26,364 nt of DNA. Source: a virus. Taxonomy: Duplodnaviria; Caudoviricetes. The stretch is taken from positions 1 to 26,364 of IMG/VR virus record IMGVR_UViG_3300012665_001423; one strand, written 5' to 3'. Of the stretch, positions 1 to 8,369 are shown in pieces. Numbering within the stretch: position 1 is the first letter of the stretch; every line of letters starts with the position of its first letter. The position numbers were made by a program, and so were the translations under genes. The notes beneath the pieces are model-generated. The model did no database searches, was not told where the DNA came from, and was given only the letters and a program-made list of their open reading frames with translations.

Positions 1-46
1 CGATTAAACCGCAGCTGAAAACTATTATTAACGGGCGTTACCAACT

Positions 47-619
47 ATGACCGATCAACCGACTAGGTTAACGCAGAAGCAGCTGGCTGCCGCGCTCAAG
101 CTATCGAAGGGTTATGTAGCGAAGTTAGCGCAGGAAGGAATGCCTAACACCAGCGTAGCCGAAGCCGAAGCCTGGCGCGCGGAACGGGCCGCAGGCCGAA
201 CGAAGCCCGCGCCGATCCCAGCCGCGCGGCCTGCCAATATCGAAAGCCTTACCGATAACAGCCTGGGCGGCGCGCTTGAGCAGCATAGGCGCTTAGTTCA
301 GCGGGCGCGCGATGTTTACCTAGCTGCTATCGAGCAAGGGGACAATAACCAGGCGCGCCTTCAAACCGCCTATAACCAATCCCTGAAAACCCTGATCGCC
401 CTGGAAGAAGAAGAAAAGCGGCGCGCCCTGGAAGCCAGGCAATACATCAAGCTAACCGAAGCCGAAGCGATCATCGCGGAATGGACGGCGAAGGTTGTTT
501 CGCGCCTGGACAAGTTGCCGCTGGATTGCGCCGAAGCCTGCAACGGCGATAGGCCAGAAACCGCGATCAAGGTTCTGGAGAAATGGACGCGACAGATCAG
601 GGAGGAACTTGCGCGCTAA
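47..619 (+). CDS. terS: Terminase small subunit (Nu1-like)
   Basis: N-terminal winged-HTH-like segment (LTQKQLAAALKLSKGYVAKLAQEGMP) followed by coiled coil; 190 aa; upstream of a GpA-type terminase. Confidence 0.75.
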   Translation: MTDQPTRLTQKQLAAALKLSKGYVAKLAQEGMPNTSVAEAEAWRAERAAGRTKPAPIPAARPANIESLTDNSLGGALEQHRRLVQRARDVYLAAIEQGDNNQARLQTAYNQSLKTLIALEEEEKRRALEARQYIKLTEAEAIIAEWTAKVVSRLDKLPLDCAEACNGDRPETAIKVLEKWTRQIREELAR

Positions 620-623
620 CTTT

Positions 624-1394
624 ATGAGCAAACCGAAGTTGATTAAGTTCGTTGCCTGCGGGGACAATCACGGCGATCACGGGGACGCGGAAAGCATCGC
701 CGCGCTGCTGGCCTACTGCGATGCGTATAAGCCAGATATCAAGATACATCTAGGCGATTGCTTCGACCTGCGCGCCTTGCGCCAGGGCATCGGTTCGGGC
801 GATGCCGAAAGCGGCGAAAGCCTGGCTGCCGATTTGGAAAGCGGCATTGAGTTTCTGCGCGCCTATAAGCCCGATGTATATCTTTGGGGTAATCACGAAC
901 ATCGCCTGGATCGGCTGATTGCCAGCAGCAGCAGCGCGCTAATCAGAGACTACTGCCAGGATATCAAAGACCGAATCAACCGCGAAGCGCGCCAGGCAGG
1001 CGCTAAGAAAATCCTCCCGTATCATTATGCGCGCGGCGTGTTCAGGCTAGGGCCGATCGCGCTGGTTCACGGCTACGCACACGGGCAGCGGGCAGTTGAG
1101 CAGCAGGGCCAGCATTACGCGCAGGCTGGCGGCGCTTTTGTTTGCGGGCATATCCATCGCCTGGAATCCGTAGCGCTGCAGCGCGACAAAGGCGGGCAGG
1201 CTTTCAGCGCTGGCTGCCTATGCGACAAAGAACCAGGCTACGCGACAGCCAGGCTGGGAACTAGCCGATGGGGTAGCGGCTGGGTTGCGGGCTGGGTTCA
1301 GGGAAACGATTGGAAGATTTGGCTATGCCACAAGGTCGGCGATCGCTGGTTCTTTCAAACCGATATCCAACTATGGCAACCGAAGCGCAAATGA
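624..1394 (+). CDS. Calcineurin-like metallophosphoesterase
   Basis: Motifs GDNH, HLGDCFD, GNHE, HG and GHIH in canonical order; start taken at ATG 624 after the terS stop (TAACTTTATG), not 495. Confidence 0.85.
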   Translation: MSKPKLIKFVACGDNHGDHGDAESIAALLAYCDAYKPDIKIHLGDCFDLRALRQGIGSGDAESGESLAADLESGIEFLRAYKPDVYLWGNHEHRLDRLIASSSSALIRDYCQDIKDRINREARQAGAKKILPYHYARGVFRLGPIALVHGYAHGQRAVEQQGQHYAQAGGAFVCGHIHRLESVALQRDKGGQAFSAGCLCDKEPGYATARLGTSRWGSGWVAGWVQGNDWKIWLCHKVGDRWFFQTDIQLWQPKRK

Positions 1395-1873
1395 GGAAAA
1401 GCCTAACGATCCTTTTAGCGGCGCTGGCAGGCAAAGACCAGAAGCCGCCAGGCTGGTTCGACCTGCACGACCTGCGCAGGATGTTCGGGCTGCTTACCTT
1501 GAACGCTACAAGCAACCTTTCTAAGCGCTTGTTCGATCGCGGTTATATGGAGCGCCAGGTTATCCATACCCTGCACGATAACGGCAAACACGGGCTGGCC
1601 TACATCTACCGCCCGCATCGGCGCTTTACCGATCCGCTTAAGGCGCGGGCCGCGATGCAGGCCGAAGGCATCGACCGAATCCCAGCGGGCTGGGTATCGA
1701 TGCGCGATTATGCGAACGCGCGCGGTATCACGATCCAGGCCGTTCACTTTATGATTCAGCGCCACAAGCTAAAGCCGCGCCTGTTCCGCATCGCCGCGAA
1801 CATCGGCTGCACGAAGCCCGCGCAGCATTACCGCAAGGCCGACCTGGATCGGCTGCACAAGTTCGCCCGATGA
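1391..1873 (+). CDS. Putative DNA-binding protein with two HTH-like segments
   Basis: ATGA overlaps at both ends; WFDLHDLRRMFG...LSKRLFDRGYMER and GWVSMRDYANARGITIQAVHFMI resemble wHTH/Xis-like HTH. Confidence 0.55.
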   Translation: MRKSLTILLAALAGKDQKPPGWFDLHDLRRMFGLLTLNATSNLSKRLFDRGYMERQVIHTLHDNGKHGLAYIYRPHRRFTDPLKARAAMQAEGIDRIPAGWVSMRDYANARGITIQAVHFMIQRHKLKPRLFRIAANIGCTKPAQHYRKADLDRLHKFAR

Positions 1874-3717
1874 TTACCGACCAGCAGGCCGCGATCCTGG
1901 CTGCAGCCCAGGCGGTCGTTAGGCCGAACTATTCGGGCGATCCCGTAGAATGGGCCGAAGCCAATATCCTGGAAGTTCCCGATTCGCCCGTTCGCGGTCG
2001 GCTGTCCCTGGCGCGAACGCCCTGGCTGGCTGAAGCGCTTCGTATCCTTTGCGATCCTGAGACTAAAACCGCCGTCATCCTGGCGGCTACGCAGTCAGGC
2101 AAATCCCTGCTGCAGCGCGTCTATATGGCCTGGCAGATCGTCAACGCTCCAGGCCCGATGATGACCTGCCAGGCTAACGACCCCGAATCGCGCGATTGGC
2201 TGCTGCGCTATGTCCGTCCCTTGTTCCGCGCAACGCCTGCGGTTCAGGCTTTGATCTCAGATTCCGACAACGACAAATCGACAACGATTGATTTTAAGAA
2301 CGGCGTTACGCTTTACTGTCGCGGCATCTGGAATGAGAACAACTTGCAGCGCCTTTCGCTGCGAACTGTTATTGTCGATGAAGCCTGGCTTGCGCCGCGC
2401 GGTCATTTGGCAGAAGCGGCTGCGCGCCTGCAGGCTTTCAGTTGGCTAGGCCGCGCGATCTATATGGGCCAGGGCGGCAGAACGGGCGATGAGTTCAGCG
2501 CGCTTTACGAAACATCAGATCAGCGCGAATGGCATATGTCCTGCCCGTCCTGCGGATTTCTCCAGCCCTGGCGATGGGAGTTTGTCAGATATCCAGAAGA
2601 TGCGAAGGTTAACGGAATCTGGGATTTGAATAAGGTAGAAGCTGGGACAACTTACGAATGCTGCAGCTGCCGCGTTCGGCTTAAGGACAGCCCAGGCGTT
2701 CGGGCCGAAGCGAACGATCCGAAGCGCGGCGCTGGTTTCAAGGCAACGCGCCAGGGCGCGACCTGGGGAACTGTCGGGCTGCATTGGAACTGCCTGATTA
2801 ATTCTTCGTTCGGGAAGGAAGGCGCGAAGATGCTAAAGGCGAAGGAAGCCTTCGATTCCTACGGCGATGAAGAAGGGCGCAGGGTCTGGAAGCAGAAGCG
2901 CCTGGCGCTTCCCTGGGCAGAGGAAGGCGGGCAGATCAGCGCTCTGGTAGAAGCGGGCGATTATAGCCTTAACGATACCTGGCAGAACGAAGCCTGGATC
3001 ACGCCGACCGCGAAGATTACGGATAGCAGTATCGGCATACCTGAACATTCCGTTCCGTTCCGAACCCTGGCTATCGATTGTCAGCGCGGTTTCTTCTGGG
3101 CTGAAGTTCGCAGCTGGGCCAGGAACGGCAGCAGCCGCCTGCGCTGGTTCGGTCGCGTTGAAACCTGGAACGGCCTGGACGATCTGGCAAAGGCGCACCA
3201 GGTTTCGCGCGCCCTGGTCGGCGCGGATAGCGGGGACAATACCCAGGAAGTTTACGCGCAAACGGCGAAACGCGGCTGGAAGGCTTTACGCGGTTCGGGA
3301 CAGAATGATTTCGCGGTTGCCGATGGGCAGGGTAAAACTACCCGCCGCTTCTATTCCGATAAGCAAAGGATTATTGTCCCAGGCTTGAGGGAGCGCGCGG
3401 AGCTTATCGTTTATGGAAATCTGCCTGCAAAGGATTTCCTGGCTGGGCTGCGCAACCGCCGCCTGCATACATACGCGCGCGATGTTTCCGATGAGTATGT
3501 AAAACAGTTAACCAGCGAGGTCAGGGTAACTGACAGCCGCAGCGGTAAACCTATCTGGATTCTTCCCGAATCAAATCGGCAGATCGGGAATCACGCCTTC
3601 GACTGCGCGCTTATGGGCCTGGTTCTGGCAGTCCGCTGGGGCATCATCGGGCGCGAAGCTACCGAAACGCCTGACGCGATCGCGGGCCAGGCCGCCGTTG
3701 ACAATGGCAGCGCTTGA
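1870..3717 (+). CDS. terL: Terminase large subunit, lambda GpA family
   Basis: PVEWAE N-terminus, RTPW adenine-binding motif, Walker A AATQSGKS, Walker B TVIVDE, two CxxC pairs, nuclease motifs IDCQ, DSG and NHAFDC. Confidence 0.95.
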   Translation: MITDQQAAILAAAQAVVRPNYSGDPVEWAEANILEVPDSPVRGRLSLARTPWLAEALRILCDPETKTAVILAATQSGKSLLQRVYMAWQIVNAPGPMMTCQANDPESRDWLLRYVRPLFRATPAVQALISDSDNDKSTTIDFKNGVTLYCRGIWNENNLQRLSLRTVIVDEAWLAPRGHLAEAAARLQAFSWLGRAIYMGQGGRTGDEFSALYETSDQREWHMSCPSCGFLQPWRWEFVRYPEDAKVNGIWDLNKVEAGTTYECCSCRVRLKDSPGVRAEANDPKRGAGFKATRQGATWGTVGLHWNCLINSSFGKEGAKMLKAKEAFDSYGDEEGRRVWKQKRLALPWAEEGGQISALVEAGDYSLNDTWQNEAWITPTAKITDSSIGIPEHSVPFRTLAIDCQRGFFWAEVRSWARNGSSRLRWFGRVETWNGLDDLAKAHQVSRALVGADSGDNTQEVYAQTAKRGWKALRGSGQNDFAVADGQGKTTRRFYSDKQRIIVPGLRERAELIVYGNLPAKDFLAGLRNRRLHTYARDVSDEYVKQLTSEVRVTDSRSGKPIWILPESNRQIGNHAFDCALMGLVLAVRWGIIGREATETPDAIAGQAAVDNGSA

Positions 3718-3734
3718 CGCACAACGCATAGTTA
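3711..3734 (+). promoter_or_regulatory. Late-module motif copy 1 (cgcTTGAC-N7-GCAT-N3-TA), candidate late promoter for the hairpin RNA
   Basis: CGCTTGACGCACAACGCATAGTTA; matches six other copies. Confidence 0.55.
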
Positions 3735-3800
3735 ACGGCTGCTGGTTTAGTTTCTGGGCGCTGGTCGATCGCCTGGGTTGTGGGCTGGGCCAGCAGCCGC
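3734..3800 (+). ncRNA. Candidate structured small RNA (long G-U-rich hairpin)
   Basis: 3736-3760 pairs with 3770-3799: 25 pairs, 8 of them G-U, with a 5-nt bulge and a 9-nt loop; fills the terL-gpW gap directly behind a late motif. Confidence 0.5.
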
Positions 3801-3805
3801 CCAAT

Positions 3806-3829
3806 TATTTGACCTGGCCCGCAACATTA
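3806..3829 (+). promoter_or_regulatory. Late-module motif copy 2; final A is the A of the gpW-like ATG
   Basis: TATTTGACCTGGCCCGCAACATTA(TG). Confidence 0.6.
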
Positions 3830-4089
3830 TGGCAATCAGCGGCGTTTTCATCGGGCTTACTGAAGCGGAACTTTTGGCGATCAAGGCGAAGGCTTTGGCT
3901 GAAGTTACCAGCGGCGTTGTTATGACTAACTACTCTGATAGCGGCAGTTCGGTCGGGAAGCAGGTAACTATGCCTGCGCGCGAACGCCTTGCCGAAGCGA
4001 TGTATGCGCTGCAGCTTCTCAATCCTGCCACCTACGGACAGCCGCAAACGCGCGTTATCCGAACGGATTGGAGCAATTACCAGGACTAA
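3829..4089 (+). CDS. Head-tail adaptor, lambda gpW-like
   Basis: 86 aa helix-hairpin-helix pattern between terL and portal, as in lambda gene order; start at ATG 3829. Confidence 0.6.
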   Translation: MAISGVFIGLTEAELLAIKAKALAEVTSGVVMTNYSDSGSSVGKQVTMPARERLAEAMYALQLLNPATYGQPQTRVIRTDWSNYQD

Positions 4090-4094
4090 ACTTT

Positions 4095-5582
4095 ATGCCT
4101 AAGAAATCCGTAGCGAAGAACCTGAAGCCTGGCGCTGACCAGAAGCCGCTTAAGCCGCAGGCTGCTGGCAGCCAAACCTGGGGATCGGTTGGCTTCAGTT
4201 CAAACCGCGCCACGATCTACGGGCAGGCCGCTGATTTCTCCGTTGATTACCAGCCCAGCGATCGGCTGGAAATGATTAAGCGGATTCGCTACGGCGAAAG
4301 GAACTTCGGCCTGGTGCGCCAGGTGTTCAACGATTACACGCTTTACTGTATCGGCGATGGAATCACGCCGCAAAGCGGCGCAGCCGAAGCCGATGTAGGC
4401 GCGGCCTATGAAGCCTGGTTCAAAGCCTGGGCTGCCGAAGCCTCGATCTGCGGGCGCTTCAGTTTCTACGATATCCAGCGCATCGCCTTGCGGGCAGCGC
4501 TGCGCGATGGGGACTGCTTCGTTGTCCTGGCAATCGATGAAGGCCGCCCGCGTTTGCAGGTTATCGAAGCGCATCGGGTAGGCAATCCGATCGGCAAGCC
4601 TGTTCCTGGGGGAATGTCTGACGGCGTTAAGTTCGATAGCAAGGGCCGCCTGGTCGGTTACAATGTAATTCAGGGCGATAACTCTAGCCGCTTCTTCGAT
4701 GCCGCTTCTGTTTGCCATATCGCCGAAATGGATTGGGCCAGCGGTTCGCGCGGGCTTCCGATCCTGCAGCATTCCTGGAACGATATCCAAACCGAAGATG
4801 AGCTGTTGCGCCTGGAAATGCTGGCGGTTCGAAACGATGCCGATGTTACGCGCGTCCTGCACCGCAACGGCGGTTTCATTCCCCAGGATATGAAGTCCGA
4901 ACTAGAAGGCAGCGGCAGCGCGAACCTTGAATCTGTCGCGTCCAGGATGGGCGGCAAACTGCTGGCCCTTGAGCCTGGCGAATCCCTAACTTCGCTGGCA
5001 TCAAATCGCCCTTCGCCCGTGTTCGCTGGATTCCTGAAATCTGTCCAGGCCGACATTCTTCGCGGAACTTTGCCTTATGAGTTTGTCGGCGATCCTTCTG
5101 CCATTTCTGGCTCAGGGGTGAGGCTGATCACCGCTAAGGCCGACCGCGTATTTTCGCGCTGGCAATCGGTAACGATCGATAAGCTTTGCCAAAAAGTCTG
5201 GGGCTTCGCGATGGGCTGGGCCGTTTCCCAGGGAGAAGTTCCCGAAGGGGATTGGTCGAATGTTTCCTGGACTACCCCGAAGCGCCTGACTGTTGACGCG
5301 GGCCGCGAAGCCGCGAACGATCGCGCCGATGTCGAACTAGGCCTTCTGTCTATGTCGGAACTTTACGCGCAGCGCGGCCTGGATATGCGCAGCGAAATGG
5401 TTAAGCGCGCTAAGGATTTTAAGTTTATCTTCGAGCTTGCGAAGGCCGAAGGCATTCCGACCTGGACGCTTTACAAGCCTGGCTTTAATTGGCTGCAGGA
5501 AGGCGAAGGCAAGCCGACCGCCGCCGAAGTTGCGATGCAAGGCATCGACCCTGCGCAGCCTACCGACCAGCCCGCCGCCTAA
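4095..5582 (+). CDS. Portal protein, lambda family
   Basis: 495 aa; RDGDCF, LQVIEAHR, DGVKFDSKGR, SRGLP and LEPGE motifs typical of lambda portals; synteny. Confidence 0.92.
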   Translation: MPKKSVAKNLKPGADQKPLKPQAAGSQTWGSVGFSSNRATIYGQAADFSVDYQPSDRLEMIKRIRYGERNFGLVRQVFNDYTLYCIGDGITPQSGAAEADVGAAYEAWFKAWAAEASICGRFSFYDIQRIALRAALRDGDCFVVLAIDEGRPRLQVIEAHRVGNPIGKPVPGGMSDGVKFDSKGRLVGYNVIQGDNSSRFFDAASVCHIAEMDWASGSRGLPILQHSWNDIQTEDELLRLEMLAVRNDADVTRVLHRNGGFIPQDMKSELEGSGSANLESVASRMGGKLLALEPGESLTSLASNRPSPVFAGFLKSVQADILRGTLPYEFVGDPSAISGSGVRLITAKADRVFSRWQSVTIDKLCQKVWGFAMGWAVSQGEVPEGDWSNVSWTTPKRLTVDAGREAANDRADVELGLLSMSELYAQRGLDMRSEMVKRAKDFKFIFELAKAEGIPTWTLYKPGFNWLQEGEGKPTAAEVAMQGIDPAQPTDQPAA

Positions 5583-5587
5583 ACTTT

Positions 5588-6427
5588 ATGCGTTCCCTTA
5601 TCAAAGCGATCACTTCAGGCCGCCCGTTCCTGGTAGATTATTCTATCGCGGAAAGCCATATCGAGGCCGTCAAGAAACACGGCCTGACCGATATCCTGGC
5701 GCAGTTCTTCGGCCCTTCGCCGAAGCCTTACCAGGTCGGCGCTACCTATGTCATTCCGATTGTCGGTATGATCGGGCGCAGCCTTTCCCCTATCGAGCGC
5801 CTAGGCGCTACCGATGTTGACCAGGTTAACGATTGGATTGACGAAGCAGTAGCAGCCAATCCTGCGCGCATTGTTTTCGATATCAATTCTGACGGAGGCA
5901 CGACCGAAGGGGTCGAAGAACTTGCCGACAAGATTCGCGAACTTAATATCGAAACGATCGCCTATTCTTCTGGTTCGATGAACAGCGCCGCCTATTGGAT
6001 CGGTTCGGCTGCAAACCGCCTGGTCGTTTCGCCCAGCAGCTCGATCGGTTCGATCGGTGTTTACCTCGCCTATATGGATCAAAGCGCCGCAGCTGCCGCC
6101 GCTGGCATCAAGCCCGTTGTGATTAGCAGCGGCCCGCTTAAAGGTATGGGAATCCCTGGCCTGTCTTTGACCGATGACCAGGCCGCCTACCTGCAGGAAG
6201 AAGTCAACGCGATCGCCGCAGATTTTAAGGCTGCCGTTCGTAAGAAACGCGCCCTGGTCAAAGATGAGGATATGCAGGGCCAATCGATGCAGGGTAAGGT
6301 CGCGATCGCGAAAGGCCTGGCAACGGGCAGCGCGCCGACCCTTAAGGCGCTGCTGGCTTCCCTGGAGAACCAGAAGCCTGGCGCTAATTCTGTCCCTACT
6401 GCCGAACGCGGCAAGTTGCGCGTTTGA
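5588..6427 (+). CDS. Prohead protease, S49 (SppA/ClpP-like) family
   Basis: DINSDGG, MNSAAYWIGS (catalytic Ser), GSIGV and SGPLK motifs; follows the portal. Confidence 0.92.
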   Translation: MRSLIKAITSGRPFLVDYSIAESHIEAVKKHGLTDILAQFFGPSPKPYQVGATYVIPIVGMIGRSLSPIERLGATDVDQVNDWIDEAVAANPARIVFDINSDGGTTEGVEELADKIRELNIETIAYSSGSMNSAAYWIGSAANRLVVSPSSSIGSIGVYLAYMDQSAAAAAAGIKPVVISSGPLKGMGIPGLSLTDDQAAYLQEEVNAIAADFKAAVRKKRALVKDEDMQGQSMQGKVAIAKGLATGSAPTLKALLASLENQKPGANSVPTAERGKLRV

Positions 6428-6444
6428 CCGCGAACGCAAAGTTA
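6421..6444 (+). promoter_or_regulatory. Late-module motif copy 3; final A is the A of the ATG at 6444
   Basis: CGTTTGACCGCGAACGCAAAGTTA(TG). Confidence 0.65.
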
Positions 6445-6890
6445 TGGCTTCCATCGAAGAACAGTTTCTTAAGGCCCAGGCCGAACTTAATGCTGCTATC
6501 GCCGAACGCTGCGACCTGCAGGCCAACTTCGAAAAGTTGGTTTCCGATAGCGATGCCGCCCTGGCTGCTGCCAAGGCTGAAGCCGAAGCGAACGCCGCCG
6601 CGCTGACCGAAGCCAAGGCCGCGCTTGCCGCCCTGGAATCCGATAAGGCCGAACTGCTTAAGCAGATCGAAGCCGCGATGCAGGGCCAGGTTAGCGCTTC
6701 GAAGGAAGCTGCGAAGATCGCCGCTTCTGTCGGCTGCAAGCCCGCCGCGCTTTCGCCCGCTGACGAAGGCAAGCCCGATGCCCAGGCCAGCGCCGAAGAT
6801 ATCCGCAAGGCCTTTCTGGCGATGAAGCCCAGCCCTGAGAAAAGCGCCTTCTTCGCTGCCCATCGCGCGATCCTGACGGCTACGCGCTAA
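6444..6890 (+). CDS. Scaffold-like coiled-coil protein
   Basis: 148 aa, Ala/Glu/Lys-rich heptads, between protease and capsid; start at ATG 6444. Confidence 0.65.
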   Translation: MASIEEQFLKAQAELNAAIAERCDLQANFEKLVSDSDAALAAAKAEAEANAAALTEAKAALAALESDKAELLKQIEAAMQGQVSASKEAAKIAASVGCKPAALSPADEGKPDAQASAEDIRKAFLAMKPSPEKSAFFAAHRAILTATR

Positions 6891-6930
6891 TTCCCTTTCC
6901 CTCCCTCCCTCTCCCTAATCCCTAACACCT

Positions 6931-7812
6931 ATGTCGAACACTATTGCGGCTTCGCCCAATGTCCTCGCTGAGCAGGTGCTGGCTGGCCTTCGTGGCCGCC
7001 TGGCTATCCTCTCTGCCGTTTCTACCAACCTCACCCCGACTGCCACGGGCAAGACGATGCAAATCAGCCTTGTCTCTGGCGGCGCTGCTAAGGAGTTTTC
7101 CAAGGCTGACGGCGGTTATCACCAGGCTGACGATGCTAATCTTTCGGCTGCTACTGTTACCCTTAAGCACCTGCATTCGACTAAGGCTTTTTCGCCTGAC
7201 GAAATCAGCGAATACGGCGAAGCCTATATGGTCAACGCCTTCGTTCCTGAAGCGATCAACGCCCTGGTTAAGAAGGTTCACGCTGAAATGGGCGCGCTCA
7301 TCCTGAACGCTAACTATTCCGCTAACGAAGTTATCACCGCTGCTAACTTCAACTACGCCCAGGTCGTTGATCTTAACACCGATCTTAACGATGCCAAGGC
7401 TGGCGATCCGCGTTCCCTCATCCTCTCTGGTGCTTACGCTGGCGCTATCCGCAAGGATGCCACCCTTACCAGCGGTTCGTTCAACGGCGCTGGCGCTGCT
7501 GGCCCGCTTGTTTCTACGGGCGTCATCGGTCAGGTTGTCGGCTTCAACATCTATGAGTTCACCGATCTTCCGACCAACTCGGAAAACCTCGGCGGCTTCG
7601 CGATGGGCGCTGACGCGATCGTGGCTGGCTTCTCCCTCCCGAATGCTTCGATGTTCCCTGGTGAAGTTTCCCAGGCCGTTGACGCTTCTGGCCTCTCTGT
7701 CCAGGTTCTCAAGTCTCAGGGAACTGACGGCATCGTGCGCCTGACGGCGAGCGTTCGCGCTGGCTTCGGAGTCGGACGCGCGACTAGCCTTAAGCGCATC
7801 AAGACCGCCTAA
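6931..7812 (+). CDS. Major capsid protein (HK97 fold expected)
   Basis: 293 aa, strongly biased codon usage, position after protease/scaffold, followed by a strong terminator; G-x-I-G-x-V-x-G-F-x-I-Y-E segment typical of capsid proteins. Confidence 0.85.
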   Translation: MSNTIAASPNVLAEQVLAGLRGRLAILSAVSTNLTPTATGKTMQISLVSGGAAKEFSKADGGYHQADDANLSAATVTLKHLHSTKAFSPDEISEYGEAYMVNAFVPEAINALVKKVHAEMGALILNANYSANEVITAANFNYAQVVDLNTDLNDAKAGDPRSLILSGAYAGAIRKDATLTSGSFNGAGAAGPLVSTGVIGQVVGFNIYEFTDLPTNSENLGGFAMGADAIVAGFSLPNASMFPGEVSQAVDASGLSVQVLKSQGTDGIVRLTASVRAGFGVGRATSLKRIKTA

Positions 7813-7833
7813 GCGGTTCGGTTGCGAACTTAC

Positions 7834-7863
7834 AAAGGCCCGCCAAATCGGCGGGCCTTTTTT
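7834..7863 (+). terminator. Rho-independent terminator after the capsid gene
   Basis: AAAGGCCCGCC-aaatc-GGCGGGCCTTTTTT. Confidence 0.9.
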
Positions 7864-7889
7864 GTGCCTGGAGCTGATCGGCGAAAATA

Positions 7890-7925
7890 AAATAGTTTGA
7901 CAAAGGCGCAGGCCTGTAGTAGTAT
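7890..7925 (+). promoter_or_regulatory. Sigma70-type promoter of the moron
   Basis: TTGACA (7897-7902), 17-bp spacer, TAGTAT (7920-7925), A-rich upstream element. Confidence 0.8.
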
Positions 7926-8004
7926 ATCAGAAGTTAAGGCAACTTAACTCTGATCTTTGAAACCCCTTCCCGCCCACAAGGCGGGGACACAAAACAAAAC
8001 CAAA

Positions 8005-8211
8005 ATGCAAACCCGCAAATACGAAAACCGAACGAACGAAGAACTGCAGATCGAATACGCGAACTGCCTGGCAACCCGAATGGGAGCGCTGGGACACGGC
8101 AAGGCCCATTATAACGGCCTGCGCGTTGAAGCGATCCGCGAAGAAATGACCCTGCGCGGCATCAAGCCCGATGGACGCAAGGGAACTTTCAACGGCGAAG
8201 GCAGTTACTAA
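8005..8211 (+). CDS. Moron-encoded hypothetical protein (68 aa)
   Basis: ATG 8005 after an A/C-rich leader; has its own promoter and terminator. Confidence 0.7.
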   Translation: MQTRKYENRTNEELQIEYANCLATRMGALGHGKAHYNGLRVEAIREEMTLRGIKPDGRKGTFNGEGSY

Positions 8212-8217
8212 CCTATC

Positions 8218-8247
8218 AGGCCCGCCCTAACCAGGCGGGCCTTTTTT
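8218..8247 (+). terminator. Rho-independent terminator after the moron
   Basis: AGGCCCGCC-ctaacca-GGCGGGCCTTTTTT. Confidence 0.9.
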
Positions 8248-8252
8248 GTGCC

Positions 8253-8340
8253 TGCCTTCCTAGGCGGCTTGGCAGGCTGGGGTAAGGGGAAGGTAGGCTG
8301 CCCACCCTGAACGGGCCGCCACGGGCAAACCAGGCGGCAA
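8253..8340 (-). repeat. Degenerate ~90-bp element A (inverted copy of 19457-19543)
   Basis: On the - strand TTGCCGCCTGG-N40-CCCCTTACCC-N11-GCCGCC-N4-AAGGCA; same blocks and spacing at 19457-19543. Confidence 0.65.
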
Positions 8341-8369
8341 GGCTGGGCCAGCCAGCGGTCGGCCCTGGT

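Noticed and set aside
495-623. N-terminal extensions given by the ORF track (also 1310, 3778, 4068, 5489, 6174, 7957, 9617, 19926, 23271, 23428)
   Set aside because: They overlap upstream genes or regulatory elements; downstream ATGs fit the junction and leader patterns
3806-3831. Late motif read as a sigma54 promoter on the - strand (TTGC)
   Set aside because: No GG at the -24 position, and the orientation would be antisense to all genes
3698-3925. 75-aa ORF over the terL-gpW gap
   Set aside because: Overlaps both genes out of frame; the gap is better explained by two motifs and an RNA hairpin
5293-5315. Partial late-motif look-alikes inside genes (TTGACGCGGGCCGCGA here; also near 14479, 17088 and 17358)
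   Set aside because: Wrong spacing, or lacking GCAA and the terminal TA; not upstream of a start
5801-6808. 335-aa antisense ORF (and similar ones at 4200-4862, 8839-9459, 13791-14507, 22670-23458, 25287-26084)
   Set aside because: Shadow frames of well-supported + strand genes in GC-rich, codon-biased DNA; no motifs and no - strand expression signals seen
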